Source of the DNA: Schmidtea polychroa
Lineage: Eukaryota
DNA length: 64,000 nt
Reading direction: 5' to 3'
Assembly (NCBI GenBank): GCA_044892525.1
Contig: CM097885.1
Span: forward strand, 29,390,001-29,454,000
Positions 14,616 through 29,057 of this stretch are shown here, in pieces; within the stretch, counting starts at the first letter, position 1; each line of letters begins with the position of its first letter. The notes beneath the pieces are model-generated. The model worked only from the letters and a program-made list of their open reading frames with translations, ran no database searches and was not told where the DNA came from. A program made the translations under genes and the position numbers.

Positions 14616-16939
14616 CAACGATTTAAACAAAATTATATTATTACGTATTCGATAATTAAAACAAAAAAATTATATAATCAATGATTTAAACAAAATTATA
14701 TAATCATCGATAATTAAAACAAAATTATTAATTCTAAAAATATTAGGCATCGTTCTAAAAGTATGACGTAATCATTCTAAAAATAATAGGCATCGTTCTA
14801 AAAATATTAGGCATCGTTCTAAAAGTATGACGTAATCATTCTAAAAATATTAGGCATCATTCTAAAAATAATAGACATCGTTCTAAAATTATGACGTAAT
14901 CATTCTAAAAATATTAGGCATCATTCTAAAAATAATAGACATCGTTCTAAAATTATGACGTAATCATTCTAAAAATATTAGGCATCATTCTAAAATATTA
15001 GACATCATTCTAAAAATAATAGACATCGTTCTAAAAATATTTGGCATCATTCTAAAATATTAGACATCATTCTAAAAATGTGATGAGTCATTGTCTTTGT
15101 TCTAAAAATGTGATGAGTCATCGTATGATAAAAATCTATATCTCATTAGAAAGTTCTTGCACAGAGCTTTAAAATAAGCTATCGATCAATATAATATGTT
15201 GGCGGGAACAATAAATTTTGGGATGAAAAAAAGTAGGTCCCCGCTGGATCACTTAATAATATTTTGAAAAATAATAATAATTTAACGTTGAAAAGATGGT
15301 GGTCATCAATTGTTAATAACATTAAAACTATTAAAGATATATAAGATACCTATAGCTCATTCGAAAGGTCTTGGACTGAGCTTGAAGATGAGGTATCGGT
15401 TAATAAAATTTGTTGGCGGGAACATTACTTTTGGGAAGAAAAAAAGTAGGTCCCCGCTGGATCACTTAATTTAAAAAAAATTACGTAATAGTTCTAAAAA
15501 TATTAGGCATCGTTCTAAAAATATTAGGCATTGATTACGTAATAGTTCTAAAAATATTAGGCATCGTTCTAAAAAAAAATAAAATTTTTTCCCGGGGGGG
15601 GAGGGGGTATATGTGATCTGGAGGGGACCTGATCTGGCGGGGACCAATCCTACTACTAATAATCATTTCTAAAAATATTAATTATTACAAATAAAATAAA
15701 AATCAATATTAATAAAAATAATCATAATGAGATAATTATAAATAGGTAAAATCATTTGATTTTTTGTTTCCTTTTCTTATGATAATATTTTCAAATTTCA
15801 TTGAAATTCATTATGAATATAGATGAACTTTTACCACTATAAATTAAAATTTTTGCACAGCCTTTTAATAATTAAGATTGATAAAATTAATTAATAATAA
15901 TTAAAAATATTTTTTTCAAAACTTTTTTCAAATTTCACCGCTGATTTCTTTTCAATTGAAATTTTATTTATTAAAAATCTTGACTATGAATAAGTAAATA
16001 ATTCGATATTTTTTTATGTATATTTACTAATTCATAGTCAAGCTTCTTAATAAATATAATTAATAAATTAATAATAAGATAATTAAAAATAATTGATAAA
16101 AAGAAATAAAATTCGTATTAATAAAATTAATAAAATAATATTGATAATAATTAATAGTTTAAAAATTGTTTTATAAATAAAAATGTTTCATTATATATTA
16201 TCAATGTAAATGGAAAAAGGAAATTATAACAGTATGAAGAAATCAATTTGGCAGAAAAAAATGATATAAAAATTTCAAAGAAAAATAAAATAAAATTTCG
16301 AATTTAGTGAAAGATTTAACGAAATATTTAAATAATTTTTAAAATATAAAAAAATATAAATAATTTAACTTATCTAAAATTCATTTTTTAACTTATTAGA
16401 TGGCATTTGATCAATATTTTCTTAAAGAACAACACAAAATTTTGACAGACATTTTTAATTGGTTATTTTATTTAAGTACATTCGTCATATAATAATTAAA
16501 AAATGAAATAGTTCATGCAGACTCTAATGGATATATTTTAATATTTAATTATTAAAAGCTATAAAATGTCCACCGTCTAACAGTAAAAATATGAAATATC
16601 TAACAAATTCAAATTTGGCTGAGATGTTTTTACAGATGTAGATTATTAATAAATCAACAGTCTAAACAATTTCAAATTATTTGATATTTATATTACTTTA
16701 TTTCTTATTAATGATTATTTTATAATAATTATGGAGAAAATTATATTATACGTAATTTTATATAAATTTAAATTCATAACAATTTTTATAAATTATATTA
16801 TTTGCACAAATATTGATAAATGACAAAGTTGACATTTGTTTTATTATATTAAAATACGTTAACTTAGAATGGCGTTTTTACATTTATTATTAATATATAA
16901 TTTTAGATTTAATAAAAGGAAAGATTGAATAATTTATTT

Positions 16940-17075
16940 CGTTTTACCGCCAAATATAAGAAACAGATCTTCCAAAAAGTATTGTTCAATAGTCGAGTGT
17001 CGTAATAATGCAATCAAAGATAAGACAATTTCTATCGAAGCTTTGAAGTTTATTTTCATCCCAGCACGATGAAAT
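16940..17075 (+). pseudogene. Possible THAP zinc-finger N-terminal remnant
   Basis: KKYCSIVECRNNAIKDKTISIEALKFIFIP resembles the C-x4-C...F-x-x-P start of THAP domains; truncated. Confidence 0.3.
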
Positions 17076-17995
17076 GAAATGCAAAATAATTTAAATCAGA
17101 AGGTTTTTTGATGGTGTAAGGGTGAAGGTTCACTTGGTCTTAATCCCTTACACCGTCGCTTAACTTGCTTAACCATATTTAAATCACTGCATATCTAGTG
17201 TATTTAAAGAAAAAAACATATAAAATAATATATATGTTAAGTACAGTAAATGAAGATTAAAGTGATTTTAAGAAGAACAAAAATTGTTTTGATAATTTCT
17301 TATATGGTAAATTTTATATGGAGAGATATGATATGAATTAATCTTGTTTTCTAAAATTAAAATTTATTTTAGTCATAACATTTCGGTTGGAATGTATTGT
17401 GCATTCTTAGGGATTTCATATTTAAAAATAAAAATCCTAATTCGTCTTATCATAAAATTCATCTAATATAATTAAAAAAAATATAAAAATATGTCTATTT
17501 TTATTTAAAATAAATTTCGTTTTCACGTGTTCCTTTTTCCTAATCAAGAATGATTTAATAAAACAATAAAATCAAACAAATATTATTTACATTTTTCTTA
17601 AGAAATTTCTCAAAGTTTTGACATGATTTTATATATTTTATTAGATGGAATTATTTGTCAAAAATGTTTCCAATGAAATTTGATATTTTATCTCAAATAA
17701 CATCTAAAATAAAATTTTATATTCCTTTTAATTTAAATTCGTGATAATGATAAAATTAGATATTTGGTAGAATAAATACATTAAACAACCAATAAAGGTA
17801 ATATAAAAATTTAAAAGGTGTAGAAATATATCTATTGACATAAACAAAATGGTAAAATTAATTTTTCTGAGAAGGAACTATTACACTTAAAAAGTTTCAA
17901 AAATACGATGAAACTCAATGAAAGGTTTTAGACATAAATCATAAAAGAAAAATATTTCATAGTTTAAATTTTTTATTTTAACAATATTTTATATC

Positions 17996-18074
<79 letters not shown>

Positions 18075-19079
18075 TTATTATTATTTTTATTGAAAGAAAA
18101 CAAAATATAATAATGAATTTCTGATAAATAAAACCAAATATTCAAAGAATATTCAAACATGTATATTATATTTATTGTCTCGCCTTGCAAATAAGCATAA
18201 CATCTTGCACTACCATCCAAAATATGTATCTGAGAAAATACTTTTAATATCACTATCTCAGCAACAACGAAAGTAAGTACGTATATTTATTACACATTGA
18301 AACTACAATTTCCGATATTAGAGAGAGAGAGAGATGACCAGTTAACCTTTTGTTTCCCTTTCACAACAAGAAAATGGCAATAGAACAATGCCAAAATATT
18401 ATTATTGGTTTTACATTTAATAATTCATATTTTTATAATTTCCTTGTGAGAGAATATTTCACTAGGTTTCGTGTAACGCAAGTTGAAGAAAGGGAACTAA
18501 GTCTATATACATGAAAATTTGTTTAACCAGTATTTCCTTAGAGTATATTTATATATAATTCAGTTAGATTAAAACAATAACTAGTAAAGAATGATCTGTA
18601 TAGTGTAATCAAACGAAGAAATAGTTATAAATAGAATAAAATACTTGAAAATTGCAGTAAATTTTAGAAAATACAATTATGCATTACATTAAATGCTAAG
18701 ATGAAACAGCAGATTTTTCTGCTAAATTAGAATTTTCTTGAAAATGTTTTCTGTTTTTACATAATTGATTTATTTAAAATTCAATAATCACAAAAGAAAT
18801 AATTTAGAAAACTGTATGAAAGGCAACATTTATGTATTAAAAGAAAATAATTAATAAGAATAAAATAGTAAAAAAATAAAACTTCCTTTCAGAGCAATTA
18901 TTCTTGTTTAATGATGCCCAAATAGGTAGCATATGAATGTTAAAGCTTTAGATAAGATAAATAGAGGTTATTTGATAAACATCTTTTTGAGAGTCAAACC
19001 TTAAAGAAATTGCATTTTGTCAGAGTAGGTAGTTAGGGGCTCCCTGCAGCAATGACCCCCCCGGGGGGGGGGGGGGTTC

Positions 19080-20380
19080 TGCTGCAACTCTTTTTTTGCT
19101 GCAACTTTTTTTCTGCTGCAACTTTTGATTACGCAATTGCTGCAACTCACATTTTTTGCGTTCAGGGATTTTTGGTCCAAATTTTTATTTTTATTAGACT
19201 ATAGTCTCGATGGTCCTGGGATTTTCAATACAAAAAGGTGGTCTACACTAAAAAAAGCATGAAATTTTCAGACTATAGTGAGGGGGTCTCGATGGTCCTG
19301 GGATTTTCAATACAAAATTTTTTTTTTCAATACAAAAATCCGACTATCAATAAAAAAGCATGGATTTTTCGAATTAAATTAAGGTGGGTCTCCTTGGTCC
19401 TGAGAATTTCAATAGAAAAAGGTAGTCTACACTAAAAAAGCATGGTAATTTAAGGTCTCAGGATATTTTCAATACAAAAAGGTGGTCTCAATAAAAAAGC
19501 ATGGTAATTTAAGGTCTCAGGATATTTTCAATACAAAAAAGGCGGTCTACACTAAAAAAGCGTGGTAAATCTTTAAAATAAAGTAAATAATGGTCCAAAT
19601 TTTTCAATTAAAGCAAATTATGGGTCTAAAAATTGAATTACAGTAAATTATGGGCTAAGATTTTTGAATGATGATGTTCCAAATTTTAAAATTAAAGTAA
19701 ATTATGGTCTAAATAAGTAAATTAACGTTCATATTTTTGAATTAAAGTAATTATGGGCTCAGATATTTGAATTAAAGTAATAACTGGGCTCAAGTGAGTT
19801 AATTAAGGTTCAAATTTTTAAATTAAAGTAAATAATGGTTCAAATTTTTAATTAAAGTAAATCAAGGTCCAAAATTTTAAATTAAAGTAATGAATGGGCT
19901 CAAATAACTTAATTAAGGTTCTAAAAAATTAAATTAAAGTAAATAATGGTCCAAATTTTAAAATTAAGTAATCAAAGTAAAAAATTAAAATAAAAGTTAA
20001 ATAAGTAAATTAAAGTAATAATTTTTTAAATAAGTAAATTAAAGTAAATTAAAGTAAGATTTTAAAATTTATTAACAAAAAGTTGAAATAATAGGTGTTT
20101 GAGAATTGAAATTTTTTAATGAAAATTTTTATGAAATATTTTTCAATGGTAATTTTTAATGGAAATTTTTATGAAATATTTTTCAATGGTAATTTTTAAT
20201 GGTAATTTTTATGAAATATTTTTCAATGGTAATTTTTAATGGAAATTTTTATGGAATAATTTTTTAAGTTAATTTTTAATGGAAATTCTTATGAAATATT
20301 TTTCAATGATAATTTTACATGGAAATTTTTAAGATAATTTTTAATGAAAATTTTTATGAAATATTTTTCAAAGACAAATT
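19080..20380. repeat. Stacked subterminal tandem arrays of element B
   Basis: TGCTGCAACT x4; TTCAATACAAAAAGGTGGTCT units; AATTAAAGTAAAT units; ~40 bp AATTTTTATGAAATATTTTTCAATGG units. Confidence 0.85.
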
Positions 20381-20400
20381 TTAATAATAATTCAACAACA

Positions 20401-21828
20401 AACCAAAAACTTAGTACCAACAACCAGTAACTTACGAATATGTACTTACAACCAGATACCTACAACTAGTTACTAACAACCAGTTACCTGATACCAAGTA
20501 CCTACAACTAGATACTAACAACCAAAAACATGCAACCAACTAGCTACAACCTACCAAGTACTTACAACCCACAACAACCAGCTAACAACTAGCTACCACC
20601 TACTAAGTACTAACAACCAGTTACCTGATACCAAGTAAATACAACCACCTAACAAGTACTAACAACCAAAAACAAGCAACCAACTAGGTACCAGATACCA
20701 ACTACTAAGTACCTACAACCAACTAGGTACTAGATACCAAGTACTTACAACCGAAAACAACCAGGTACTAAGCATTATCAACCAAGTACCTACAACCAAC
20801 CACAACCAAGTACTAACAACTGAAAAAAAACCAACAACTAGCTACAACCTACCAATTACTTACAACCCACAACAACCAGCTAACAACTAACTACAACCTA
20901 CCAAGTACATACAACCAACATCAACCAGGTACTAAGCATTAATTACCACCTACCAAGTAGATATAACCAACATCCACCAGGTACTAAGCATTAATTACCA
21001 ACTACTCACAACCAACATCAACCAGATATCTACAACTAGATACTAACAACCAGTTACCAAGTACTTACAACCACCTACCCATTAACTAGCTACTAAGTAC
21101 TAACAACTAGCTACCACTTACTAAGTACTAACAACCAACAACAACCAAGTACTAAGCATTATCAACCAACTACTGAGTACCTACAACCAACTAGCTACCA
21201 CCTACCAACTACTCACAACCGTCAACAACCAGGTACTAAGCATTATGAACCAACTACTAACAACCAAGTACAAGATACCTAGTACATACAACCACCTACC
21301 AAGTACTTATAACCAGATGACCACATGAAATTATTGGTTAAATAGGTAAATTAATGTTTTATTTTAAAATTAACTAATCAATGGTCTAAAATATGAAAGT
21401 TAAAGTCAATTTAAGATGAAAGTTTTCTAAGATTTTCAATGTTAATTTTAGATGCAAATCTTCGTCAATTAATCAATGACCACATGAAATTATTAGTTAA
21501 ATATGAAAATAAGGGTTATAATTAGTTGTTTAGTAAATTATGGTGTAAAATTAAGTAATAAAGGATAAATAGGTAAATTAAGGATAAGTAAATTAAAGTT
21601 AAAAATTTTAAATAAGTAAATTAAGGTTCAAAATTTTAAATTAAAGTAAACAATGGTTTAAATTTTAAATTAAAGCTAAATGAGTAAATTAAAGTAATAA
21701 TTTTTAAATAAGTAATGTAATAAGTAAATTAAACTAAGATTTTTAAATTTATTATCAAAAGATTGAATAACCACCAACTTTTTTGAGAAATGTAATTTAT
21801 AATGAAAATTTAAATGGAAATTTTAATG

Positions 21829-21911
<83 letters not shown>

Positions 21912-24465
21912 TTATAATAATAATTAAACAGTTACCAACAATCGGTTACTAAATATTTTTAACTAGGTGCTAACAAATACTTTCAACATGATACCACGTA
22001 CTAACTAACTCTCAAACAATCACATACTTACAACTAACTACTTACAATCAACTATATATTCTTTATTGTATTTTATGAATTGTATTTTTTTAAATTAATA
22101 TTTTTTATACAGCTTCTATAATAATTTTAATTACAATCAGTAGAAAAACCTTTTCAAAATGTCTAAATTTAACAAAAATGTTGATTTTCATCAAAAAACC
22201 ACAACTCAATCACTTTAAAACACCACGTGAAATTCAAAATAATTTAAATTACAATGAAAGACTAATGAATTCTAATTTGCAAAACATTTTTCTTTTAATT
22301 GATTACTACTGACTTATTATTGCAAAGTAAAAATCACATTCAATAAATACTTATTGTTGATCAGTTTTATTATATATACTCTGAGTTTATCCGACAGGAT
22401 GTTTTGACCCCCCTAAGGGTACAGGTCGTAAGGGTACTGGTCGTAAGGGTATTAGTCGTAAGAGTACTGGTCGTAAGGATATTGCTAACTGTCAACCCCC
22501 ACCTACCCATTAACTAGCTACTATCAATCAGCTAACAACTAAATACCAAGTACTCACAACCAACATCAACCAGGTACTGAGCATTATCAACCTACAACTA
22601 TATAACAACAATCAGTAAACAACACTGTACCAACTACCAAATATAAGATACCAACAAATAGATACCAAGTACCAACAATCAACTAACAACACATAAAAAT
22701 AATAGCAATTAAATACAAAATATTCTTCATCACATACACTATCTTCTTATCAAAATCTAAAAAGTCAACCAACTACTTACAACCAACAACTATGTACTAA
22801 CAAATTGATCTTTGAAAGAAAAATACTCATCACTTGAAAAATTAGATGAAAAATTAATTGAATTCAAGGCATCAATAACTAGGTAAAAATTGATGAAATT
22901 ATTGTAAAAATTTAAATTATTCAAAATAAATATCATAAAAATTTAATTAATAGACAAGAAAGAATTCTAATCATTAATCATCCAGTAAATTTAAAAAAAA
23001 ATACTGATCATTCACGTTGAATCAACTAAGATAATAAATTAATAAAATTTGAAATAAAATCTAGTAGATAATTGATTTAGATTGAATAAATTAATTGAAA
23101 TAAAATTAATTTTAATTATTTTTGTAAAAGTAATACATGTACTCAAATTGATTAACTGATTTCTCAATATATTCAAAAAATCAGTATGAATTCATTACAA
23201 TCATCAATGTCGTCAATCTACAATAAAAATAATTATCATTAAATTCCAAGAGAGACTAGAAAACTAATGATAGCATCTAACAAACCAGTAAATTCATTTA
23301 AATGACAATAATTGGTATATTCAAGCGAATTCTCTAATAAATCATCTAAAAAGAATCATTTTCCCTGAAATATCTATATCTTTTAAGATTAGTATCTTAT
23401 CGATAAGTACTTGTGAAAGATCATATATTCACCTCAAACTAACAAGATTCCTTAAAATCTCTTAAATGACTATATTTCTACCCTTAATCCATATTATTAC
23501 AAATAATTCACTAAAATCATCTAAAAAGCATCAAATTTCCCTGAAATAACTCTATCTTTAAAGATTAGTATTTTATCGATAAATATCCTTAAAAGGTTAT
23601 ATATTTACCTCAGACTAATAAGATTGCTTAAAATCCCCTTTAAATGTCTATAATTCTAACTTTAATTCCTATTATCACGAATATTTCCCTATAAAACATG
23701 TAAAATAATTTGGTCATTAACCCTAAATAATTGATAAAATCTAATGATAAAACTGGTTATAATTAAATTTTTGTTAATCACTGTACTCGAAATTTAAAAT
23801 AAATATAACTGACTAGGTCCCATTGAAAGATTAAATTTATCCATTCAATAAAATATATTTCTTCAAATGATCATTTTACCGATATTCCACCGATTTAATT
23901 ACTAATTAAAATCAATCGATAGATTTCTTTCAATAAAGATCAATTTTATTTAGTTGTTGTCGATGTTTTAAGTCCATATTTCTCAACTTTTGTCATTCTC
24001 CGTCTAAATAAAGATAAAAATAAATTAAAGTTGATATCAATCCCAATTATCTGTAAAGTTTTCATTGTCAAAACCAAGTAAATCGATCATTATCCCTACT
24101 TAATAGAACATTGTTCTAAAACATAAATCTAAATTAATATACAATGAATTAATCACAACCTAATAAAACGATATAATTTCACATTATTATTGATACATAA
24201 CTGACTAATTGACATTTCCCTTAAAACAATGATATTTTACCAACATCACCATTAAAAAAATCATATATTCCCATCTTAACCCATCTCTCATTAAATTTAA
24301 CCGACTATATTCCCATCTTAACCCATCCTTCATTAAAGTCAATCGACTATATCTCCCTTAAAAGATCATATTTTTCCATCTTAATCGATCTCTCATTAAA
24401 TCTCACCGACAATATCCCATCTTAACCGATCTCTCAGCAAATATTTCTACCCTTTTAAACATCTA
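20401..24465 (+). repeat. Left inverted arm of element B
   Basis: ~21310-24465 is a near-exact reverse complement of 26415-29580. Confidence 0.92.
20420..21315. repeat. C/A-rich complex satellite (G/T-rich mirror at 29580-30690)
   Basis: Shuffled 7-20 bp words such as ACAACC, CAAGTAC, ACTAGCT and AGGTACTAAGCATT. Confidence 0.9.
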
Positions 24466-24879
24466 AAAATTAATTATTTTCACCCATTTGAATTTATCAT
24501 CGAGTAATGAATAATTTCCTCACTTTAATGAAGATTCTTACCACCTTCATTGTTAATTTTATCAAAGTTTAAAGAATATTTCTCTTTTCATTTTACATTG
24601 CTTACCACATAAGATTTTTTATCGAAATTTATGATAATTTTACTGATTCAATGAAGAATGAGTTAATTAATATATACTCTGAGTTTATCCGACAAAATAT
24701 TCTGTCCCCCTATGGGTATTGCTCACAAGGGTACTACTCACATTCAACATGTCGCAAGGGTATTAGTCGTAAAGGTATTTAATGCTTTTATTTGAATGAT
24801 TATTTAGACAAATTTGATGTTTAAGGCATTCATTGATAATTTTTAGAGTTGATGGTTTTAGTAAATATTCAAGTAAATT

Positions 24880-25180
24880 TCTATCATTTTTGTGAATTTT
24901 TATCGTTTTTTGTGGATTTCCATCATTTTCATGAATTTCCGTAATTTTTGTGAATATCTGTAATTTTTGTGGATATCTATCATTTTTGCGGATTTCTATT
25001 ATTTTCCGTAATTTTTGTGAATATCTGTAATTTTTGTGGATATCTATCATTTTCGTGAATTTCCTATTATTTTTGCGAATTGCTATAATTTTTATGAATT
25101 TTTATCGTTTTTTGTGAATTTCGATCATTTTCATGAATTTTTATCATTTTTGTGGATTTCTATTATTTTTGTGGATTTCA
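24880..25180. repeat. ~21 bp tandem array in the spacer of element B
   Basis: TTTTTGTG(A/G)ATTTCTATCAT-like units; these explain ORF 24763-25050. Confidence 0.85.
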
Positions 25181-25855
25181 TATTTATTGAATGAATATTA
25201 AATAATTTAAAGTTAGTTCTAAGATAAATTTAATTAATTTCTTGATAATTGGATGTATTTTTAATTTTTAATGAGGTTAATAATTAGAGTTTGTACAATA
25301 ATCAAGTGGTAGGATAAATTTTTATGAGGATATTGAATAATTTTCTAAGAATTTCATGTTGACTGATTTAAAGTTTTAATGGTGATAAATTTCTTGATAA
25401 TTAGTTGTATTTTATTGAATAGTTTTTAAATAAAAATTAATTTCATTGACAATTAGGTTAATAATTAAGTGATTTTTGATGATAACTTTGTAATGTATTT
25501 GACTAAATAATTTTTCAATAATTTTCTAAGAATATTTACACATTGATGCACTTTAAAAAACATAAGCTAAGAAACCAGTTAACTTTATCAAGGACTTTAA
25601 ATTTACGTGATAATTATTGTAGGATATACAGAAATTTAGTTTGCTGTTATTGCTTGAAAATGATTGGTTGAATAGCTGAAGAATTATGATCAAACAATAT
25701 ATAGCATCTCCAGTATTTGATGGTAAATATTTGTAGAAAATTTAGTGAATTTTGATCTTTTAGTGGGCTCTTATTATTTGTCTGGTTCCTATAACAATTA
25801 ATTAAAAGTCATATTTTTGAAGTTCTCTGAGGATTTTAAGAGGATTGATATATAT

Positions 25856-26354
25856 CAAGGGTGGGCACGCATGGGTTCAATAAGAGCCATTTTCCGAAAA
25901 TTTATTTTTTACAGAGCCACCATAGTAAAGTACATATTTTTTTTTATTTCATTAATTTGATTAAAGAGACTTAAACGCTATTAAAAAAAAACAAAATAAT
26001 TATTTCAAACATTAAGTAACAAACATAAAAATCCATTAATAAAAAGTAATAAAATTTCTTGAATTAACGAAGACTTTTGGTCAAATCTTTGAAATTTGGT
26101 GTATACTTTGTTAAAGCTAAATTTATTTTTGATGCTTCTCTCTCGTTGTTATAACAAAGCGCCGCCTACTACAAAATAATTTTAAAAAGCAGTAAAATGT
26201 GAAAAACAATGTTTCGTTAATTTTTGACATTTATGAAAATACAATTGCAACAAAAAATTTTTTCTCAAAACATTTAGTGAAAAATTTCAAAATAAAAAAT
26301 CGAATTCGATTATCAAGAATTCAATTATCAATGAGCCGCATTTACCCACCGTTG
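25856..26354. mobile_element. Non-autonomous hAT element
   Basis: Ends CAAGGGTGGG..CCCACCGTTG; 8 bp TSD ATATATAT; subterminal GAGCC motifs; minus-strand remnant LALTKYTPNFKDL; the empty homologous site is in element A near 9965. Confidence 0.8.
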
Positions 26355-26414
26355 ATATATATTAAAGGGCTCAAGTGGGTGGAATCTTTAGGGAAAATAA
26401 GGGATATAATCGGA

Positions 26415-28968
26415 TAGATGTTTAAAAGGGTAGAAATATTTGCTGAGAGATCGGTTAAGATGGGATATTGTCGGTGAGATTTAATGAGAGATCGATTAAG
26501 ATGGAAAAATATGATCTTTTAAGGGAGATATAGTCGATTGACTTTAATGAAGGATGGGTTAAGATGGGAATATAGTCGGTTAAATTTAATGAGAGATGGG
26601 TTAAGATGGGAATATATGATTTTTTTAATGGTGATGTTGGTAAAATATCATTGTTTTAAGGGAAATGTCAATTAGTCAGTTATGTATCAATAATAATGTG
26701 AAATTATATCGTTTTATTAGGTTGTGATTAATTCATTGTATATTAATTTAGATTTATGTTTTAGAACAATGTTCTATTAAGTAGGGATAATGATCGATTT
26801 ACTTGGTTTTGACAATGAAAACTTTACAGATAATTGGGATTGATATCAACTTTAATTTATTTTTATCTTTATTTAGACGGAGAATGACAAAAGTTGAGAA
26901 ATATGGACTTAAAACATCGACAACAACTAAATAAAATTGATCTTTATTGAAAGAAATCTATCGATTGATTTTAATTAGTAATTAAATCGGTGGAATATCG
27001 GTAAAATGATCATTTGAAGAAATATATTTTATTGAATGGATAAATTTAATCTTTCAATGGGACCTAGTCAGTTATATTTATTTTAAATTTCGAGTACAGT
27101 GATTAACAAAAATTTAATTATAACCAGTTTTATCATTAGATTTTATCAATTATTTAGGGTTAATGACCAAATTATTTTACATGTTTTATAGGGAAATATT
27201 CGTGATAATAGGAATTAAAGTTAGAATTATAGACATTTAAAGGGGATTTTAAGCAATCTTATTAGTCTGAGGTAAATATATAACCTTTTAAGGATATTTA
27301 TCGATAAAATACTAATCTTTAAAGATAGAGTTATTTCAGGGAAATTTGATGCTTTTTAGATGATTTTAGTGAATTATTTGTAATAATATGGATTAAGGGT
27401 AGAAATATAGTCATTTAAGAGATTTTAAGGAATCTTGTTAGTTTGAGGTGAATATATGATCTTTCACAAGTACTTATCGATAAGATACTAATCTTAAAAG
27501 ATATAGATATTTCAGGGAAAATGATTCTTTTTAGATGATTTATTAGAGAATTCGCTTGAATATACCAATTATTGTCATTTAAATGAATTTACTGGTTTGT
27601 TAGATGCTATCATTAGTTTTCTAGTCTCTCTTGGAATTTAATGATAATTATTTTTATTGTAGATTGACGACATTGATGATTGTAATGAATTCATACTGAT
27701 TTTTTGAATATATTGAGAAATCAGTTAATCAATTTGAGTACATGTATTACTTTTACAAAAATAATTAAAATTAATTTTATTTCAATTAATTTATTCAATC
27801 TAAATCAATTATCTACTAGATTTTATTTCAAATTTTATTAATTTATTATCTTAGTTGATTCAACGTGAATGATCAGTATTTTTTTTTAAATTTACTGGAT
27901 GATTAATGATTAGAATTCTTTCTTGTCTATTAATTAAATTTTTATGATATTTATTTTGAATAATTTAAATTTTTACAATAATTTCATCAATTTTTACCTA
28001 GTTATTGATGCCTTGAATTCAATTAATTTTTCATCTAATTTTTCAAGTGATGAGTATTTTTCTTTCAAAGATCAATTTGTTAGTACATAGTTGTTGGTTG
28101 TAAGTAGTTGGTTGACTTTTTAGATTTTGATAAGAAGATAGTGTATGTGATGAAGAATATTTTGTATTTAATTGCTATTATTTTTATGTGTTGTTAGTTG
28201 ATTGTTGGTACTTGGTATCTATTTGTTGGTATCTTATATTTGGTAGTTGGTACAGTGTTGTTTACTGATTGTTGTTATATAGTTGTAGGTTGATAATGCT
28301 CAGTACCTGGTTGATGTTGGTTGTGAGTACTTGGTATTTAGTTGTTAGCTGATTGATAGTAGCTAGTTAATGGGTAGGTGGGGGTTGACAGTTAGCAATA
28401 TCCTTACGACCAGTACTCTTACGACTAATACCCTTACGACCAGTACCCTTACGACCTGTACCCTTAGGGGGGTCAAAACATCCTGTCGGATAAACTCAGA
28501 GTATATATAATAAAACTGATCAACAATAAGTATTTATTGAATGTGATTTTTACTTTGCAATAATAAGTCAGTAGTAATCAATTAAAAGAAAAATGTTTTG
28601 CAAATTAGAATTCATTAGTCTTTCATTGTAATTTAAATTATTTTGAATTTCACGTGGTGTTTTAAAGTGATTGAGTTGTGGTTTTTTGATGAAAATCAAC
28701 ATTTTTGTTAAATTTAGACATTTTGAAAAGGTTTTTCTACTGATTGTAATTAAAATTATTATAGAAGCTGTATAAAAAATATTAATTTAAAAAAATACAA
28801 TTCATAAAATACAATAAAGAATATATAGTTGATTGTAAGTAGTTAGTTGTAAGTATGTGATTGTTTGAGAGTTAGTTAGTACGTGGTATCATGTTGAAAG
28901 TATTTGTTAGCACCTAGTTAAAAATATTTAGTAACCGATTGTTGGTAACTGTTTAATTATTATTATAA

Positions 28969-29057
<89 letters not shown>

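Larger units (their letters stand above)
1757..15657. mobile_element. Giant fold-back non-autonomous element with Polinton/Maverick-type ends (element A)
   Basis: Termini AGTAGTAGGATTGGTCCCCGCCAGATC...GATCTGGCGGGGACCAATCCTACTACT; flanked by AATAAT at 1751-1756 and 15658-15663; ~6.6 kb near-identical inverted arms; no intact ORF. Confidence 0.85.
9114..15657 (-). repeat. Right inverted arm of element A (unique spacer 8438-9113)
   Basis: Matches the left arm except for a few substitutions, microsatellite lengths, array copy number and a small indel near the spacer. Confidence 0.95.
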
